NCBI GenBank assembly: GCA_951406725.2
Contig: OX597822.1
Span: 111,414,001 to 111,478,000, forward strand
Reading direction: 5' to 3'
DNA from: Octopus vulgaris
Lineage: Eukaryota
Length of the DNA stretch: 64,000 nt
In this document: positions 25,761 to 40,799 of the stretch, one piece after another
Numbering within the stretch: the first letter of the stretch is position 1
Layout of the letters: every line of letters begins with the position of its first letter
Translations under genes and position numbers: made by a program
Notes under the pieces: generated by a model
Told to the model about the DNA's origin: nothing
The model's input: only the letters and a program-made list of their open reading frames with translations
Databases searched by the model: none

Positions 25761-26163
25761 TGTATAATGAGGGCAAATACTCACACGCCCGCTTATATGC
25801 ACATATAAAGAGGAAAGAAAGATAGAGGGAGAGGGAGAGGGAGAACAAAGAGATAGTGGGAAAAGAGAGACGGAGCGAGAGAGAAATGGATACGTACTGT
25901 CAAGAACAGATGTCTCTTATTTGGGAAATGTATCATATTTTGTTCTTCTGTTAATCTGATTGACTATTTGACTTTTCTCATACGCTTCTCTGTACACAGG
26001 TAATTCTTTACAGACACTCACAAATAATAACACAGATAAAACTTATACGTATAGATAAACAAATGTAAATAGATGCAAATAATTATTTCTTATATCCAAT
26101 ACGATGTTCACCTTCTGATTTAATGTTTGTGTCACACAGCTGATATGTATATATACACACACA

Positions 26164-26241
<78 letters not shown>

Positions 26242-26628
26242 CATATATATATATATATGTATATGTATATAATTATATATATGTATATATTTATATATGT
26301 ATATATATATGCATATATATGTATATATATTTGTGTGTGTATAATTCTATATCTATTTATTTATGTAGCAATCAATTATATAAATATGTGTATAAGATTA
26401 GTAGATAGACAGTTAAATGGATAGATATAATTACATATAAAATAGATAACAATAGGAATAACCGTTATCTTTTTCTGAGATAAAACATTTTAACTTTTTA
26501 TATTAATACGCGCCAGTGAAACTCAGCATTCAGATACTGAAATATCAGCATGACCTAGGTGCTTTGAACGATAAATTTAATCAATGCAATATAAGCAATT
26601 ACTTAACTATTTCTACTAACATCGTCTT

Positions 26629-26682
<54 letters not shown>

Positions 26683-27024
26683 GACTAAAACAATACCTGT
26701 TGTCATAGGTGCCCTGGGAATGATAGCGAAAGGGACTGATTGCTACCTAACTCAGATACCAGGAAACCCCAAAATGGCAGAAATTCAAAAGATAGTGCTC
26801 ATGGGAACTGCTCATATCCTACGCAAAATACTCTCTATGTAATCCCAAGGTTTAAAACAAACTTTTTTTTTTTATTTATATATTTATTTTTTTTTTTTTT
26901 TTTATGTATTAGACATTCACTAGTACAACACCAAAAAAAAAAAACCAAATATATGGCACAGAACTTCTAACCTGGGTGAGACTTGGAGCCAACTTGTACA
27001 GACATAAAGCAAAAGTCAAACATA

Positions 27025-27025
<1 letters not shown>
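26683..27025 (+). mobile_element. R4/Dong-like LINE 3' end, second family, in (AAT)n
   Basis: TIPVVIGALGMI..IQKIVLMGTAHILRKILS* homologous to the C-terminus of 9037-11109; different 3' UTR; (AAT)n on both sides. Confidence 0.85.
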
Positions 27026-27084
<59 letters not shown>

Positions 27085-27892
27085 CAACAACAATAATAAT
27101 AATAATAATAATGCAAAAAACTGAGCGTTTTCTTACGAGAGTGCGTTTCTCTTGTCGTGCTAATATTAGGTACAAGTGTATTGCTAAAATGAACTTTTTT
27201 TTCTAAGCTTGTATACAAATATCAACTCAGAGCATTTCAATATACAGTAAACATCCCCGTTAAAAACGAAGAAACTTCAAACATGAATTCCGGTGAACTT
27301 CAGAGAAATCGTTTTGCAATATCAATCAGAGAGAACGTAGCAAGCTAGCAGAATAATTTTGACACCGGGCTTGATGCTTAGTGGCACGTCATCTGTCTTT
27401 ACGGTGTGAGTTCAAATTTCACCCAGGTCGATTTTCGCGTCCCTCCGTTCGGGATCTATTAAAATATATGCCAGTTGAGCACTAGTTTCGATGTAATCAT
27501 CTTACCCCACTGCCATAAAATTTCTGGCCTTCTGCCAAAATTGGGATCCACTCAGATCTGTATCCGAAGTATTTACAATTGCTAAAAGCATTGCATTAAC
27601 CTGATGGAAATCATTCTGATAAAACTCTGATAAAAGTTATTCAATATTTGATATCTGCAAAGACAGTCCCAGCAATGCAATAAACGGTATTGAACACTTT
27701 ATGGGTGCCCAAACAGATAGTGTTCTCCTTACTCCCAGTTTCTAAAATAAAAATATTTAATAATAATTAAAGAAACACAACAACGCCAAATACATATAAA
27801 GACGAGGCCTAACAATGTAAATTGCACTCTTACCAAATGCTGCTGTTGAGGAGGAGACCTCTGTAGATAGCTGCGTGTATAAAGATATTCGT

Positions 27893-28272
27893 GGAGGCGC
27901 AATGGCCCAGTGGTTAGGGCAGCGGACTCGCGGTCGTAGGATCGCGGTCTCGATTCCCAGACCGGGCGTTGTGAGTGTTTATTGAGCGAAAACACCTAAA
28001 GCTCCACGAGGCTCCGGCAAGGGATGGTGGTGATACCTGCTGTACTATTTCACCACAACTTTCTCTCACTCTTACTTCCTGTTTTTGTTGTACCTGTATT
28101 TCAAGGAGCCGGCCTTGTCACTCTCTGTGTCACGCTGAATATCCCCGAGAACTACGTTAAGGGTACATGTGTCTGTGGAGTGCTCAGCCACTTACACGTT
28201 AATTTCACGAGTAGGCTGTTCCGTTGATCGGATCAACCGGAACCCTCGTCGTCGTAACCGACGGAGTGCTTC
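27893..28272 (+). mobile_element. tRNA-derived SINE, family B2
   Basis: A box TGGCCCAGTGG, B-box-like GTCTCGATTCC; TATAAAGAT flanking duplication; tail shared with 16392-16718. Confidence 0.9.
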
Positions 28273-28778
28273 CTCCCCTATAAAGATTTTGATTGTGTGA
28301 CTGCCCAAACTATTTCAGTACTTATCAAAGATCGTTTAGCTGTTTGTGTGTGTTAGTGGGTGCTTCTCTCTACCATTATAAAATTTACATTTGTAACGTC
28401 TTCATTTATCTAAGGGACATAAAAAAATTATATAATTATGGATGAATTACTAAAGTCATATTTTAAACTTGAGCGGGGCTATATTCCCGTCTGGTGAAAA
28501 ACGATTTCGTTAGAAAATCTTGGCTGAATGGTCTGCATTTTGGCGTAATATGAGATGTGTTACAGCATGTGTAATCGTCTGCTGATGCTATCAAACCCTC
28601 TCCGCTAACCCAAAAATTGGCCAGAGTGACACTCTAACTTGCATTATAAATATTATCGATATTAGTGAAAATAAAATATAAATGCGCAAATACATCTACA
28701 AACACTCATGCGTACATGTTTATATCTATACACAGACACTCACTCATATACGCACACACAGACACACACTCATATACG

Positions 28779-28839
<61 letters not shown>

Positions 28840-28844
<5 letters not shown>

Positions 28845-29043
28845 ATCCAAACAAGAAAGCACAAACAAACACAACAACGCGAAGACGTGGAACAAATATA
28901 GTATTATTGGACGCTCAGGAAAGAAGGAAAGGAGGGTTTAACGTTTCGAGCGGAGCTCTTCGTCGGAAACATAGGAGAAGGAAAGATCCAGAGAAGGGAA
29001 GACAGAGGGAAAAAAATCGCCAACGGTACACACGAGGTCACAT
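28840..29043 (-). mobile_element. Penelope-like pseudo-LTR module abutting (TA)n
   Basis: ~200-bp unit with hammerhead motif; same layout as 13780-13966 (shared CGCTCAGGAA and CGTTTCGAGC..GCTCTTC). Confidence 0.65.
28936..28970 (-). ncRNA. Minimal type I hammerhead ribozyme, U4C variant
   Basis: GUUU-CCGACGA-A-GAGC-UCC-GCUC-GAA-ACGU-U-AAAC: three perfect stems, palindromic stem III. Confidence 0.75.
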
Positions 29044-29095
29044 GTATATACATATGCAAACGTACATACACACATACACATATGTGTATATATAA

Positions 29096-30320
29096 GGGTG
29101 AACAAATGTTTCCGGTGCTGTGTTGTTTTTTTATTTTATAAGCATGTCCGCGCGCGCGCGCATGCGTGTGTGTTATATGGAATTCGAAAATGTGCCCAAG
29201 GTTGTTGTTGTTGTTGGAATGATGGTGGATAATCTTGTGGGTATCTACCAAGTCATTTGCCAGACGTCTGAGCTTCAACGTATCCATGCCTAAGAAAGCA
29301 AGACATACAGAGTATGGTAGATGTGTCTCGGCGGGTATTCGTTTTGTTGCACGTTTCTGAACAGTTTCCAGGCGAGTTATACGCTGAGCAAGATAGGGGT
29401 TGCAGACTGGTGATGCAAATTCCAAGTATAAAATTTTAAATAGATAGCTGGAGAGCGGCTGACAAAGGTCTTACTGAGTGATGCCAGCACCCCGGCTCAG
29501 CCTTCTTGGCAATCTTAGATATGTGAATTGCCCAACGCAAATCGCTGTTTACAATAATGATCAGATCAAGTCCGCTGAAAGAATTCTTGAGATTTGGGCT
29601 ATTGAGGAAGTATGTAAAGGCTGGATTTTCCCTCCCCAAATGCTTGGTGACGAATTTGTCCACAGCTTGCTTGAGCTGCCTGTCAGAGTTCCATTGCTGC
29701 ATGGTGTCCAGGTCTGACTGCAGGAAAGATTTATAGCGCATAGGATCTGTTTATTTTATTTCGAGGTACAGCTTCAGGTCCTCTGCATATTTCAGCACTG
29801 TAACATTCCTGAAATTGGCAACTATATCATTAATATATAAAAGTGAGGTTGTGTGATGTTAGTCTCCTACGATTTAGATTCCTAACTACTCCCACATTTT
29901 GCGTTGCAGTTTAACCAAAACCGGGTATCTTATAGTCGTGATTCATATCGAGCCCTTCTGGGTATTAGCGCGCGTCTACGATGAGTCTACGATTTAAAAA
30001 AAAATTACCATCAATTTTTCCCATTTTAATGCATTTTTGGCATATATAAGGGAAGTAACTCTCTAAAAATTTATTATTAAATCTCAGAACGTAAAAAGCT
30101 ACAGTAACACCCCCCCTTTGTGGTTAGCCATATTGAGATGGCTATTATACTTTACATCTCTAAAAATGCTTATATAGTTATTTCCCTTACAAACCCGAGC
30201 AACGCCGGGTGATACTGCTAGTCATTAATATATGTAATGAGACATCAAGAAAATTGTTCCAACTGAAGTCCTTCTTAAGCGACACATTTTTCCATTCGAC
30301 TCAATGCAGAATTACAGAAA
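29096..30320 (-). mobile_element. CR1/Jockey-group LINE RT fragment, decayed, split by a Helitron
   Basis: ITYINDIV..LKYAEDLKLY, LQSDLD, LEFASPVCNPY..RLETVQKRATKRIP..TLKLRRL..RGHAYKI. Confidence 0.85.
29827..30221 (+). mobile_element. Non-autonomous Helitron copy 1
   Basis: A|TC 5' end, 3' CCCG-AGCAACGC-CGGG hairpin then CTAG|T; near-identical to 57710-58103. Confidence 0.85.
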
Positions 30321-31508
30321 GTAGTTATGGAATTTTGCTTCAATGACGGGTGGCTTTTATCCAACCCTGTATATGTACACACACACACACACATACACAG
30401 ACATACACACACCACCCACACACACGCGTATATATATATGTGTGGGGGGGTGTATGTATGTATGTATGCACATCATCATTCGGTTGGGTCTACTGCTGCT
30501 TCATGTTGAGATGAAGAATTCATACTGAGTACATATTTTTAGTCTGGAACTTGTGCTAAGTAGCTTTTTTTTTTGCTGAACCAATATTTTTCTGGGATTC
30601 AAAGACGCCATAACTCATATACACACTGCAGCCGAACTAACGCAAAGAAATGCTCGCTATACACGCGCATACACAAACGTGCACACACACACACACGCGC
30701 GCGAATACACGCACCCACATAAGCTATATATAATTTCCTAATTTACATTCGCGTATTTTAAAAATTTTCTATCAGCTTTCCCCCTCCTTTTTTTTCATCA
30801 TTCTTGTTTCATTTACTTAAGGGCGTACACTCTAACTTATTCCTTACAACTTCCTTCTCTTTCTACTTGATCTACTATTTTCCCTTAGGGTATTTCCACA
30901 TTTTACTACCATACGGATTTAAAATTAACCTGAGCGCCAACCAGAATTTTCGATTTAATTATTTTGGCTTTGGGAAATGTTATATATTCCGTGTAATCTC
31001 TATTCTTACTTTATACGTTAAAATCACAAAATGTCGCTGTATCACAATCGACTTTATACAACGATCTGGCAATATTTTATTACTGCTTGTAATCCTATTT
31101 ACTAAATTAACTGCATGAATTCACTTATCCAGATAAACACCTTTTATTTGATTCAAATTATTTATTACATTCATTTTAATGTATATTTAATTTTATGAGG
31201 GATTTTAATTAGACCACACAGTTTCCTTAACATTTTGCGATACCATGAAATTAATTAATTAATTTTTGCAAACAGTTAATCAATTAATTTTCCAACTACT
31301 TTAAATTCATTACCCTGATACGTAAACATTTGTTCACCTCATTGTAAACATCTACAAAACAATTGACATATTTGAAATTTATTGAAAATATCCGGAACAC
31401 TGTAACTCTACAATTTAGCTCGTTAGTTATTGTCATTTTTTTTCCCACGGCTACGATTGTGTAGATATTTGATCGTATATATTATTCCTCATGAAAGCAG
31501 AAATGGAA

Positions 31509-31551
<43 letters not shown>

Positions 31552-31847
31552 TCTTTGTAATATTGGCAAATGAAATATGTATAAGAATGTGCATTGTCCG
31601 TTTAATTGAAAGATACTATATGTGGCTGAAGATTGTTCGACATTTTAAAACTGATGTAATATTTACAGGGTTTAATGAAATGAAGTAGCATGAAACAATT
31701 GTACTACACTTCCTTGGATATCCGTGTTGCTTACTTTGATTATAATCACCCCATTTGATTTATATGGATAATACCATACAAAATTCTGGTGCCTTTAACT
31801 TAAGTACCATATTCATCTGAATCTAAATTTTGCTGAACTTATATATA

Positions 31848-31899
<52 letters not shown>

Positions 31900-32514
31900 C
31901 GTTATAGACTTACACATACGCAAGCTATATATACGCAGCACACAAACGTTTATGTGTATGTATGTATGTATACATACACACACAAGCACACGCACATATT
32001 TTTAGATTCAAGCGTATATGTATATATATGTATGTGTGTATATATGTGTGTATGTATGTGTATGTGTGCATGTCTGTATGAATGAGTGTTCTTTTAGTTC
32101 GTAAGAGAGTCGAAGCTTGTCGCTAACAAATACACATGACATTTTGATTTACAAGATTTGCCAGTGTCTGTAAATATATCGTCTAAATGTGTGTTCGTTG
32201 AGCTGTAGATGAAAGACCCAAATGTCTGCGTCTATTCATCCAAAGAAGCTCATGTGGAGAATCTTTGAAATGTTTTAAAATTTTCGCGGTACTCTTAATA
32301 GTACCAGTTTTTTTTGTTTGTTTTTTTTTGTTTGTTTTTTTTGCTGTTTGTTTGTAACGTACAAATGAGAATTTATAATCAGATCATTATAGCCGTATGT
32401 TCCGCATTCTTTCAAAATAAATGTTCTCTTTTGATTGTATATTCTCATCCACGGGACAACTGATCTGTACAGCAGTGCCTGACTTTTGTATGTTCGTATC
32501 TATGTATGTATGTA

Positions 32515-32860
32515 TGTGCCTCAGTAAAGCTGGACTCAAGAGTCATCTTCGTAGTCATAAAGCGAGACAGATGAGTGACAACCTGGCCACTGGTGGTGGC
32601 TTTACACACCATACTAATCATACCTGTCAGGCATATGGAAGAGAGTGTAATTCGACAGGAGGACTTAAACGACATGCAAAGATACATGAAGCCCAGTTAC
32701 AAATACAGCCGGCTATTACCGGTAAAGGTTTTAGCTACCAATTCTGTACAAGACATTGTAGATCTTTAGCTGGGCTAAAAAGTCACATTCGATCACAGCA
32801 GCAATAACAGTTAAGCTTCGTGCATTGGCCACACTCGATAACGAGGGGACAGCCATCATG
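32515..32860 (+). mobile_element. RTE-like LINE 3' end with tandem C2H2 fingers and (TGTA)n tail
   Basis: CLSKAGLKSHLRSH, CQAYGRECNSTGGLKRHAKIH, CTRHCRSLAGLKSHIRS, stop, short 3' end, then (TATG)n. Confidence 0.7.
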
Positions 32861-32890
32861 TATGTATGTATGTATGTATGTATTATGTCA

Positions 32891-32968
32891 GGTCACTTTC
32901 TAGTGCTGCTGGTAACATGTAACCCAGTAAAACCTGTTGCATGGTCGGGCCGTCGGCGACTAAACTGG
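32891..32968 (+). ncRNA. Decayed HDV-like ribozyme fold
   Basis: P1 GGUCAC/AUGGUC, P2 CCAGU/ACUGG, L3 with CC pairing to GG (P1.1), P4 GCC-GUC-GGC, J4/2 GA-C-UAA; P3 broken (AAA/UGC). Confidence 0.45.
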
Positions 32969-33129
32969 CAATCCCACAAAGCTTGCTTGGTGAGGAGCGT
33001 GCTTATTGGACACCCTGGGATGAAAAACAAAACCTGTCAAAGGGTGGAGGAACTCATGTGAGTCAACGGCCATCCAATAAATGTGTAATTATATATATTT
33101 ACTGTATATCTGTATTTTTATATATATAC

Positions 33130-33191
<62 letters not shown>

Positions 33192-33580
33192 TTACTCCTT
33201 ATATCAATGTTATCCAGCTTAAGGCTGTGTCATGCGTGGGGACAGAGAAATAATCGGACTGAATACCCGATCGCACGGTTAAACCATTGGGAGTGAAGGA
33301 CCCCTAGCCTTTATTAGGGCATCCTTCTAGGAGATGGCAACTCAGGTAACTGGGATAACTCCGACATAAAACCTGCGGCTCGGTGGTTACCGATGATGTT
33401 GACTTGTTCTTCTTTTCGGATTATGGCTGCTATTGCTTAGTGAGTGGGATTGACTCAGTCCACAGCCTTCCCTCACTTAAAAAAAAATCTTCTTGCACAG
33501 GCATTGCACGATAACAAGTTAAGCTTCATGCAATGGCCATACTTGATAATGAGGGGGCAGCCATCATCAGCCATCATGTA
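32891..33580 (+). mobile_element. Non-autonomous RTE-derived element (putative 5' UTR + LINE 3' end)
   Basis: Last ~55 bp (AGTTAAGCTTC..TGGCCA.ACT.GATAA.GAGGGG.CAGCCATCAT) match the 3' end of 32515-32860; (TGTA)n tail; no ORF; HDV-like fold at the 5' end. Confidence 0.6.
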
Positions 33581-33699
33581 TGTATGTAATTTATGTATGT
33601 ATGTATGTATGTATGTATGAATGTATGTATGCATGCATGTATGTATGTATGTATGTATGTATGTATGTATGTATGTATGTATGTATGTATGTATGCATG

Positions 33700-33730
<31 letters not shown>

Positions 33731-33740
33731 GTATGTAAGT
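33577..33740. repeat. (TATG)n microsatellite
   Basis: Directly visible. Confidence 0.95.
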
Positions 33741-34049
33741 CTCTCTCGGATCTTATCAGATGAATAGCCTACTCTTTCAGTATAGTAATGAAGTGTGTTA
33801 TTACTCTTAAATTATTTCTGAGATTGAATCCGATTGATCCATTACGTAATAACCAAACGTATTCTAATTAGAATTATAATCTAACAGATGGATTTCCTGA
33901 CACTTCACGCATACCAAATACGCTTACATATCTTCGGTTTGTCACATGACACAATAGGTCAGAACTTGTGAGACTGAACATCGAAACAACATTATGTATA
34001 ATATAGACATACATATGCACGTGCATACGTTCATAATTTGATAGGTCTC

Positions 34050-35452
<1,403 letters not shown>

Positions 35453-35457
35453 ACATA

Positions 35458-35511
<54 letters not shown>

Positions 35512-35562
35512 TACATATATGTATATGTTTATATATAGATATGTGCATGCATATATATTTGT

Positions 35563-35645
<83 letters not shown>

Positions 35646-37367
35646 CATACATAAATAAACACACACACACATTTGTAAACGGTAATATATCTGTATGTAA
35701 CATAAGGTTCGAGAAAATCTTTCGTGGCCTTAAAGATTAAAAGCAACGGTATTTTCGTTTTGTAGCCAGGTACGAAATTTCTGCATCTCAGAAATTATAT
35801 GCTCATTAACGTTTTTTTGGGGGGCTTTTTTTGCAATATTCAAGTGCATTTTATGTGTACTTTATTATGGAACGGTTAACGGAAATAAATGCATTCATAA
35901 AAATATTGAAAATAAATTCATATGTAACTCTTGAATTTTAGATGACCAGTTTAACCGGTTATTTTTGTTATATCAAGGTCTTCATTGATAACAACGCTTA
36001 TATCATTCTCTCTATGGCAGTCTTTCCTTTTTTCTTTCAATATCTATCCTTTTCCCAGATGAATTTTTACCGCATGAATATGTTAATGGTTTCACTCCTC
36101 ACGGCAATCGGCTCACTGGATACTTCTGCGAATTTTTCTACGACTTTATTGTAGTATGTTTGGCAATTGCTATGCGAATGACTGTTTCATGAAGACGACA
36201 TGACATTTATTCGAATAGCAATAGTGGAGCATGCACATGACATCAGACAACACAAGGTGTTGAATATACAAGATTTCAATATGACGTCAACTTCTTGTAG
36301 AGAATCACCAAAGCGAAGACATTCTCATTGCTATATTATAAATCTCACGGACAACATGCTTAAATAATAAACCGCCTTTTCTGGCTCTTGCTCGGATATA
36401 ATGACAGGAATGTTGGAATTTATGGCCAGTAACAGAAAATAATGAAGTTATTTTGAAATTTGCTGGAACACCATTGACTTATAAAGATTCTTTGTCTGAT
36501 ATATATTGATTAGTTGTCTGCGTTGAGCTGTGTTGCAGAAGTCTGATTTATGATGATCGGATGCTGCGTTAGATAACGTTTACTTCTTCCTTTCCTATTT
36601 TCTATTGATAACAAGAATATGTAATGCTTACGACATGGCAAACAATTTATAGAAAATAAGGTTGTAAAAATATCTTGTTTCTTTCAGTGTTGCTGTCTCC
36701 CTAATGTATGTTCTGTTCTCATTTTCCATTTGCTAGACATGCGTTCGTAAATATATATGTATGAAAAAAATTACTACAGAAATCTTAATGGTTTAAAATT
36801 GTTTGTGATAATGCACGAAAAAAAATCATCATCATTATATTTTTTCAATCTGTTTACTCACAAGCAGCTTTCTAAACATAACTTACGCATGCAGTACAAT
36901 ATCTGCTAACGTAAGAGTTCTTACCACTGAAAATGGAAGTTGATTGTAATAAATATAAATTGAATTGATTAATTGGAGACGTAGCACTGTAATGCATTAC
37001 CAAAGACGTTGTATACGCTGAATATATGTACTAGAATTAAAGCGATCAATTGAATCAGATTTCCACAATGGCACATCGATTTGTATACGTTTCTCTCTGA
37101 TTAATCAAGAAAACCATATCATTTTGCTATGAGCTAATACATAGACCATGGACAAAGGATGGTTTATGAATGCGAATCTAAGTGTGATTGCCAGATATTT
37201 ATTATTATGGATGTCTCTATTTTCAGGAGCAGGTTCTATTGAAAGTAATCAGTAGTTAATCTTTCAATAGTATATAGGCTTGCTCACTGGCTTCAAACTA
37301 TGAGCAGCTTGCAATGATACTTAATGAAAATTTCCAGGTTTCAGTACTAAATCATATTATATTATAT

Positions 37368-37420
<53 letters not shown>

Positions 37421-37423
37421 CAT

Positions 37424-37601
37424 ATTTCTTTACTACCCACAAGGGCCTAAACACGGAAAGGACAAACAAGGACAGACACACGGATTAAGTCGATTACATC
37501 GACCACAGTGCGTAATTAGTACTTAATTTATCGACCCCGAAAGGATGAAATACAAAGTCGACCGCGGCGGAATTTGAATTCAGAACGTAACGGCAGACGA
37601 A
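37424..37601 (-). mobile_element. SINE family C, 5'-truncated
   Basis: Matches reverse complement of 22752-22985. Confidence 0.85.
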
Positions 37602-37696
37602 GTACATATGTGTGTGTGTGTGTATATATATATATGCATGTATGTATGTATATATATATAGATGTATATATATATAGATGTATATATATATAGATG

Positions 37697-37770
<74 letters not shown>

Positions 37771-38160
37771 ATGAATCGACGTTCATGTTTTATCAGTACT
37801 CAACGTTGATCATTGTAACAAAACAAAACGTAAAAAGCAACATTAATTGGTCTCTTTTATTTCCCAGGTGTCAGGACGAATATTGCATGAGATGTATCTG
37901 TCACAAGCAGAGTGAGAGAGAGGAGAGGTAGAGAAAAAAAGGAGAGTGAGCGATAGACAGATAAACAGCCATGAAGTGTTATAGACACGGGGATAGAAGT
38001 AGGGAGAGCGTGTGCGTGTATTTGTGTGTGCGTGTGAGTGTGTGTGAATGTGAATGTATATCCAGAATACTCCAACAGTTTTATTTGGCTCTGTTTTATG
38101 TCTGTTTTCATGACATATGATTGATGTGCTCAGAATGAGTGTTGGATTATGAACGGTATA

Positions 38161-38582
38161 AGGCGGCGAGTTGGCAGAAGCGTTAGCACGCTGGGCGAAA
38201 TGCTTAGCGGTATTTCGTCTGCCGCTACGTTGTAAGTTCAAATTCCTCCGAGGTTGACTTTGCCTTTCATCCTTTCGGGGTCGATAAATTAAGTACTAGT
38301 AATGCACTGGGATCGATGTAATCGACTTAATCCGTTTGTCTGTCCTTGTTTGTCCCCTCTATGATTAGCTTCTTGTGGGTAATAAAGAAATAGGTATTTC
38401 GTCTACCGTTACGTTCTGAGTTCAAATTCCGCCGAGGTTCACTTTACCTTTCATCCTTTCGGGGTCGATTAAATAAGTACCAGTAACGCACTGGGGTCGA
38501 TATAATCGACTTGATCCGTTTGTCTGTCCTTGTTTGTCCTCTCTGTGTTTAGCCCCTTGTGGGTAGTAAAAAGAAATAGGTA
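38161..38582 (+). mobile_element. SINE family C, tandem dimer
   Basis: Full unit followed by a second unit restarting at GGTATTTCGTCT. Confidence 0.85.
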
Positions 38583-40056
38583 TCAGAGCGGCGGACAAAC
38601 TTTTTGGTGCTTTGAATTCGATTCTTCCATTTCTTGTGTGAATGTGAACGTCTATACAGTGTACTACAGAGTTGAAATACACTTTCATTTCACTCTGTTT
38701 TATGTCTGTTGTCATGACATAATAGATCCACCCAGAATGAGTGTTGGATTGGTAGCTGTATTAGGGAGGCGGATAAAATCCTTGGTGCTTTGAATCCTAC
38801 TCTTTTATTTTGTGAATTAGAAATCTGAACGTGATTGACAATGACTTTCCTTGTTGGGGGATCGTTAAAAGAATGTAGGAGGCAGAAAAGGCATCGATGT
38901 ACTCGACTACACTCTTTCCCTCAAATCTGTTTAACATTTTGTCAATAGCAGAGGCAGCAATAAATAGAAACTCTAAACTCACGTCTCTCTCTTTAATCAC
39001 TCCTCCTAACTCCTCCACAACGATTCAGTTGAAAGGAGACGAATGCAGTTGGTGAAGTTTCCGTTAAGAAATACAATAAAAATCGATGGCATTCATGAGT
39101 GTGAATTAAAATTCCATTTAGTTTCGCTGAGAGTAATCTTGCTCTTTTCTTCTTGCTCTGCTGTTATTTGCAAAAATGTAGAAAAACGTCTAATTGATAA
39201 AGCTATCGATTAGTTATATTATTAAACTTCCATAACATTACTTGCAATTTAAAAGCTAACAAAACATCATTTTACATTCAATTGAGCCTGAAATTGAAAG
39301 AAGTAGACGAGCATCATTCAGAGAAATAATTTCCATTTTGGTGGCAAGCATAATCGTTCTCATTATATATCTCATTATCATCTTCAACAGTGGAAAGATG
39401 ACAAAATTTGGTCTTATAACAAATTACACTATTTTTCATTAAGAGAAATTGATTGAGAAAAAAGAGGAGGTGGTTGATTGAGAATATGAGTGAGACAGTG
39501 ATTCAGAGAATGTGTGTGTGTGTATGTGTGGGTGAGAGAGAGAGAGAGAGTAAGAGAGAGAAAGAGATAGAAAGAAAGGAAGAGAAAGAAGGAGGGAATG
39601 AGATGGAGAGAGAGAGAAATATGTGTCCGAAGTTGTGAATAACCGGATACGGTTATATAAGAAACTTTATTTTACCGTTATATAAAATGTCTTCTTCTCT
39701 GTAGTGTCATTACTAACTTTACTGACTTATTTTAAGAACAATTTGCATTCAGGTACGAATTCAATTGCTCACCGTACTAAACCTTTCCTTGTCGCTAGCC
39801 ATATAAAGCTCACAAGAGACGTATGTGAAGGTATATTAGAAGATACTTCATTGCAATTATAAGGAAATATTACGGACAGAAAAGAACATTAACGCAACGA
39901 GGGCGATAGTCAATGCTGGTGAGAAAGATTTGAAGAATTTTGTTTAGGAAATAAATGCAAATAATTGTCATTGTGACTGTCATTTTACAAGCATTGTCCC
40001 ATCCTATCAACATGCTCATAAGTTTAGGTCACGTGTTGGTACTTCAGTAGCACTCA

Positions 40057-40091
<35 letters not shown>

Positions 40092-40134
40092 AAATACTGC
40101 TGCTGCTATGACGATGATGATAATGATTGCCACA

Positions 40135-40324
40135 AGGGCAGCTTGGGCCAAGGGGATTAAGTCGATTACATAGACACCAGTGCGTAACTGGTACTTAGTT
40201 AATCGACCCCGAAAAGATGAAATCAATATGGAGCTCGGTGGGATTTGCACTCAATAAGTAGCTACGGTCGACATACCGCTAAGCATCTAGTCCGGCGTGC
40301 TAACGGTTCAGCCAGATCGCCGCC

Positions 40325-40325
<1 letters not shown>
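40135..40325 (-). mobile_element. SINE family C, diverged
   Basis: Matches family C core and head. Confidence 0.75.
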
Positions 40326-40356
<31 letters not shown>

Positions 40357-40365
40357 TAAAATAAT

Positions 40366-40655
40366 AATAGAGGTAACTAGAATGTGGAATCTGAAAACAG
40401 AAACAATTCCTATCATAGTAGGTGCATTAGGCATGATAAACAAATATTCAGACAAATACATAACAAAAACACCAGGACTTACAAACACATATAACATACA
40501 GAAAATTGCACTACTAGGCACTGCACACATCCTACGCAGAACACTTTCCATACAATAACCATCAGAGCATCACAACAAATCACAGCACATACCCAAGGCA
40601 CACAGAGCTGCGCTCGGTAGTGAAGTGAAAGCACGCTATAAAAATAAAACTACTG
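40366..40655 (+). mobile_element. R4/Dong LINE short 3' copy in (AAT)n
   Basis: Nearly identical to the 3' end of 8934-11109. Confidence 0.95.
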
Positions 40656-40657
40656 AA

Positions 40658-40793
<136 letters not shown>

Positions 40794-40799
40794 GTAATA

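Noticed and set aside
36170-36380. Possible GIY-YIG remnant (KTT*HL..IVEH)
   Set aside because: Too degenerate to support without a profile search
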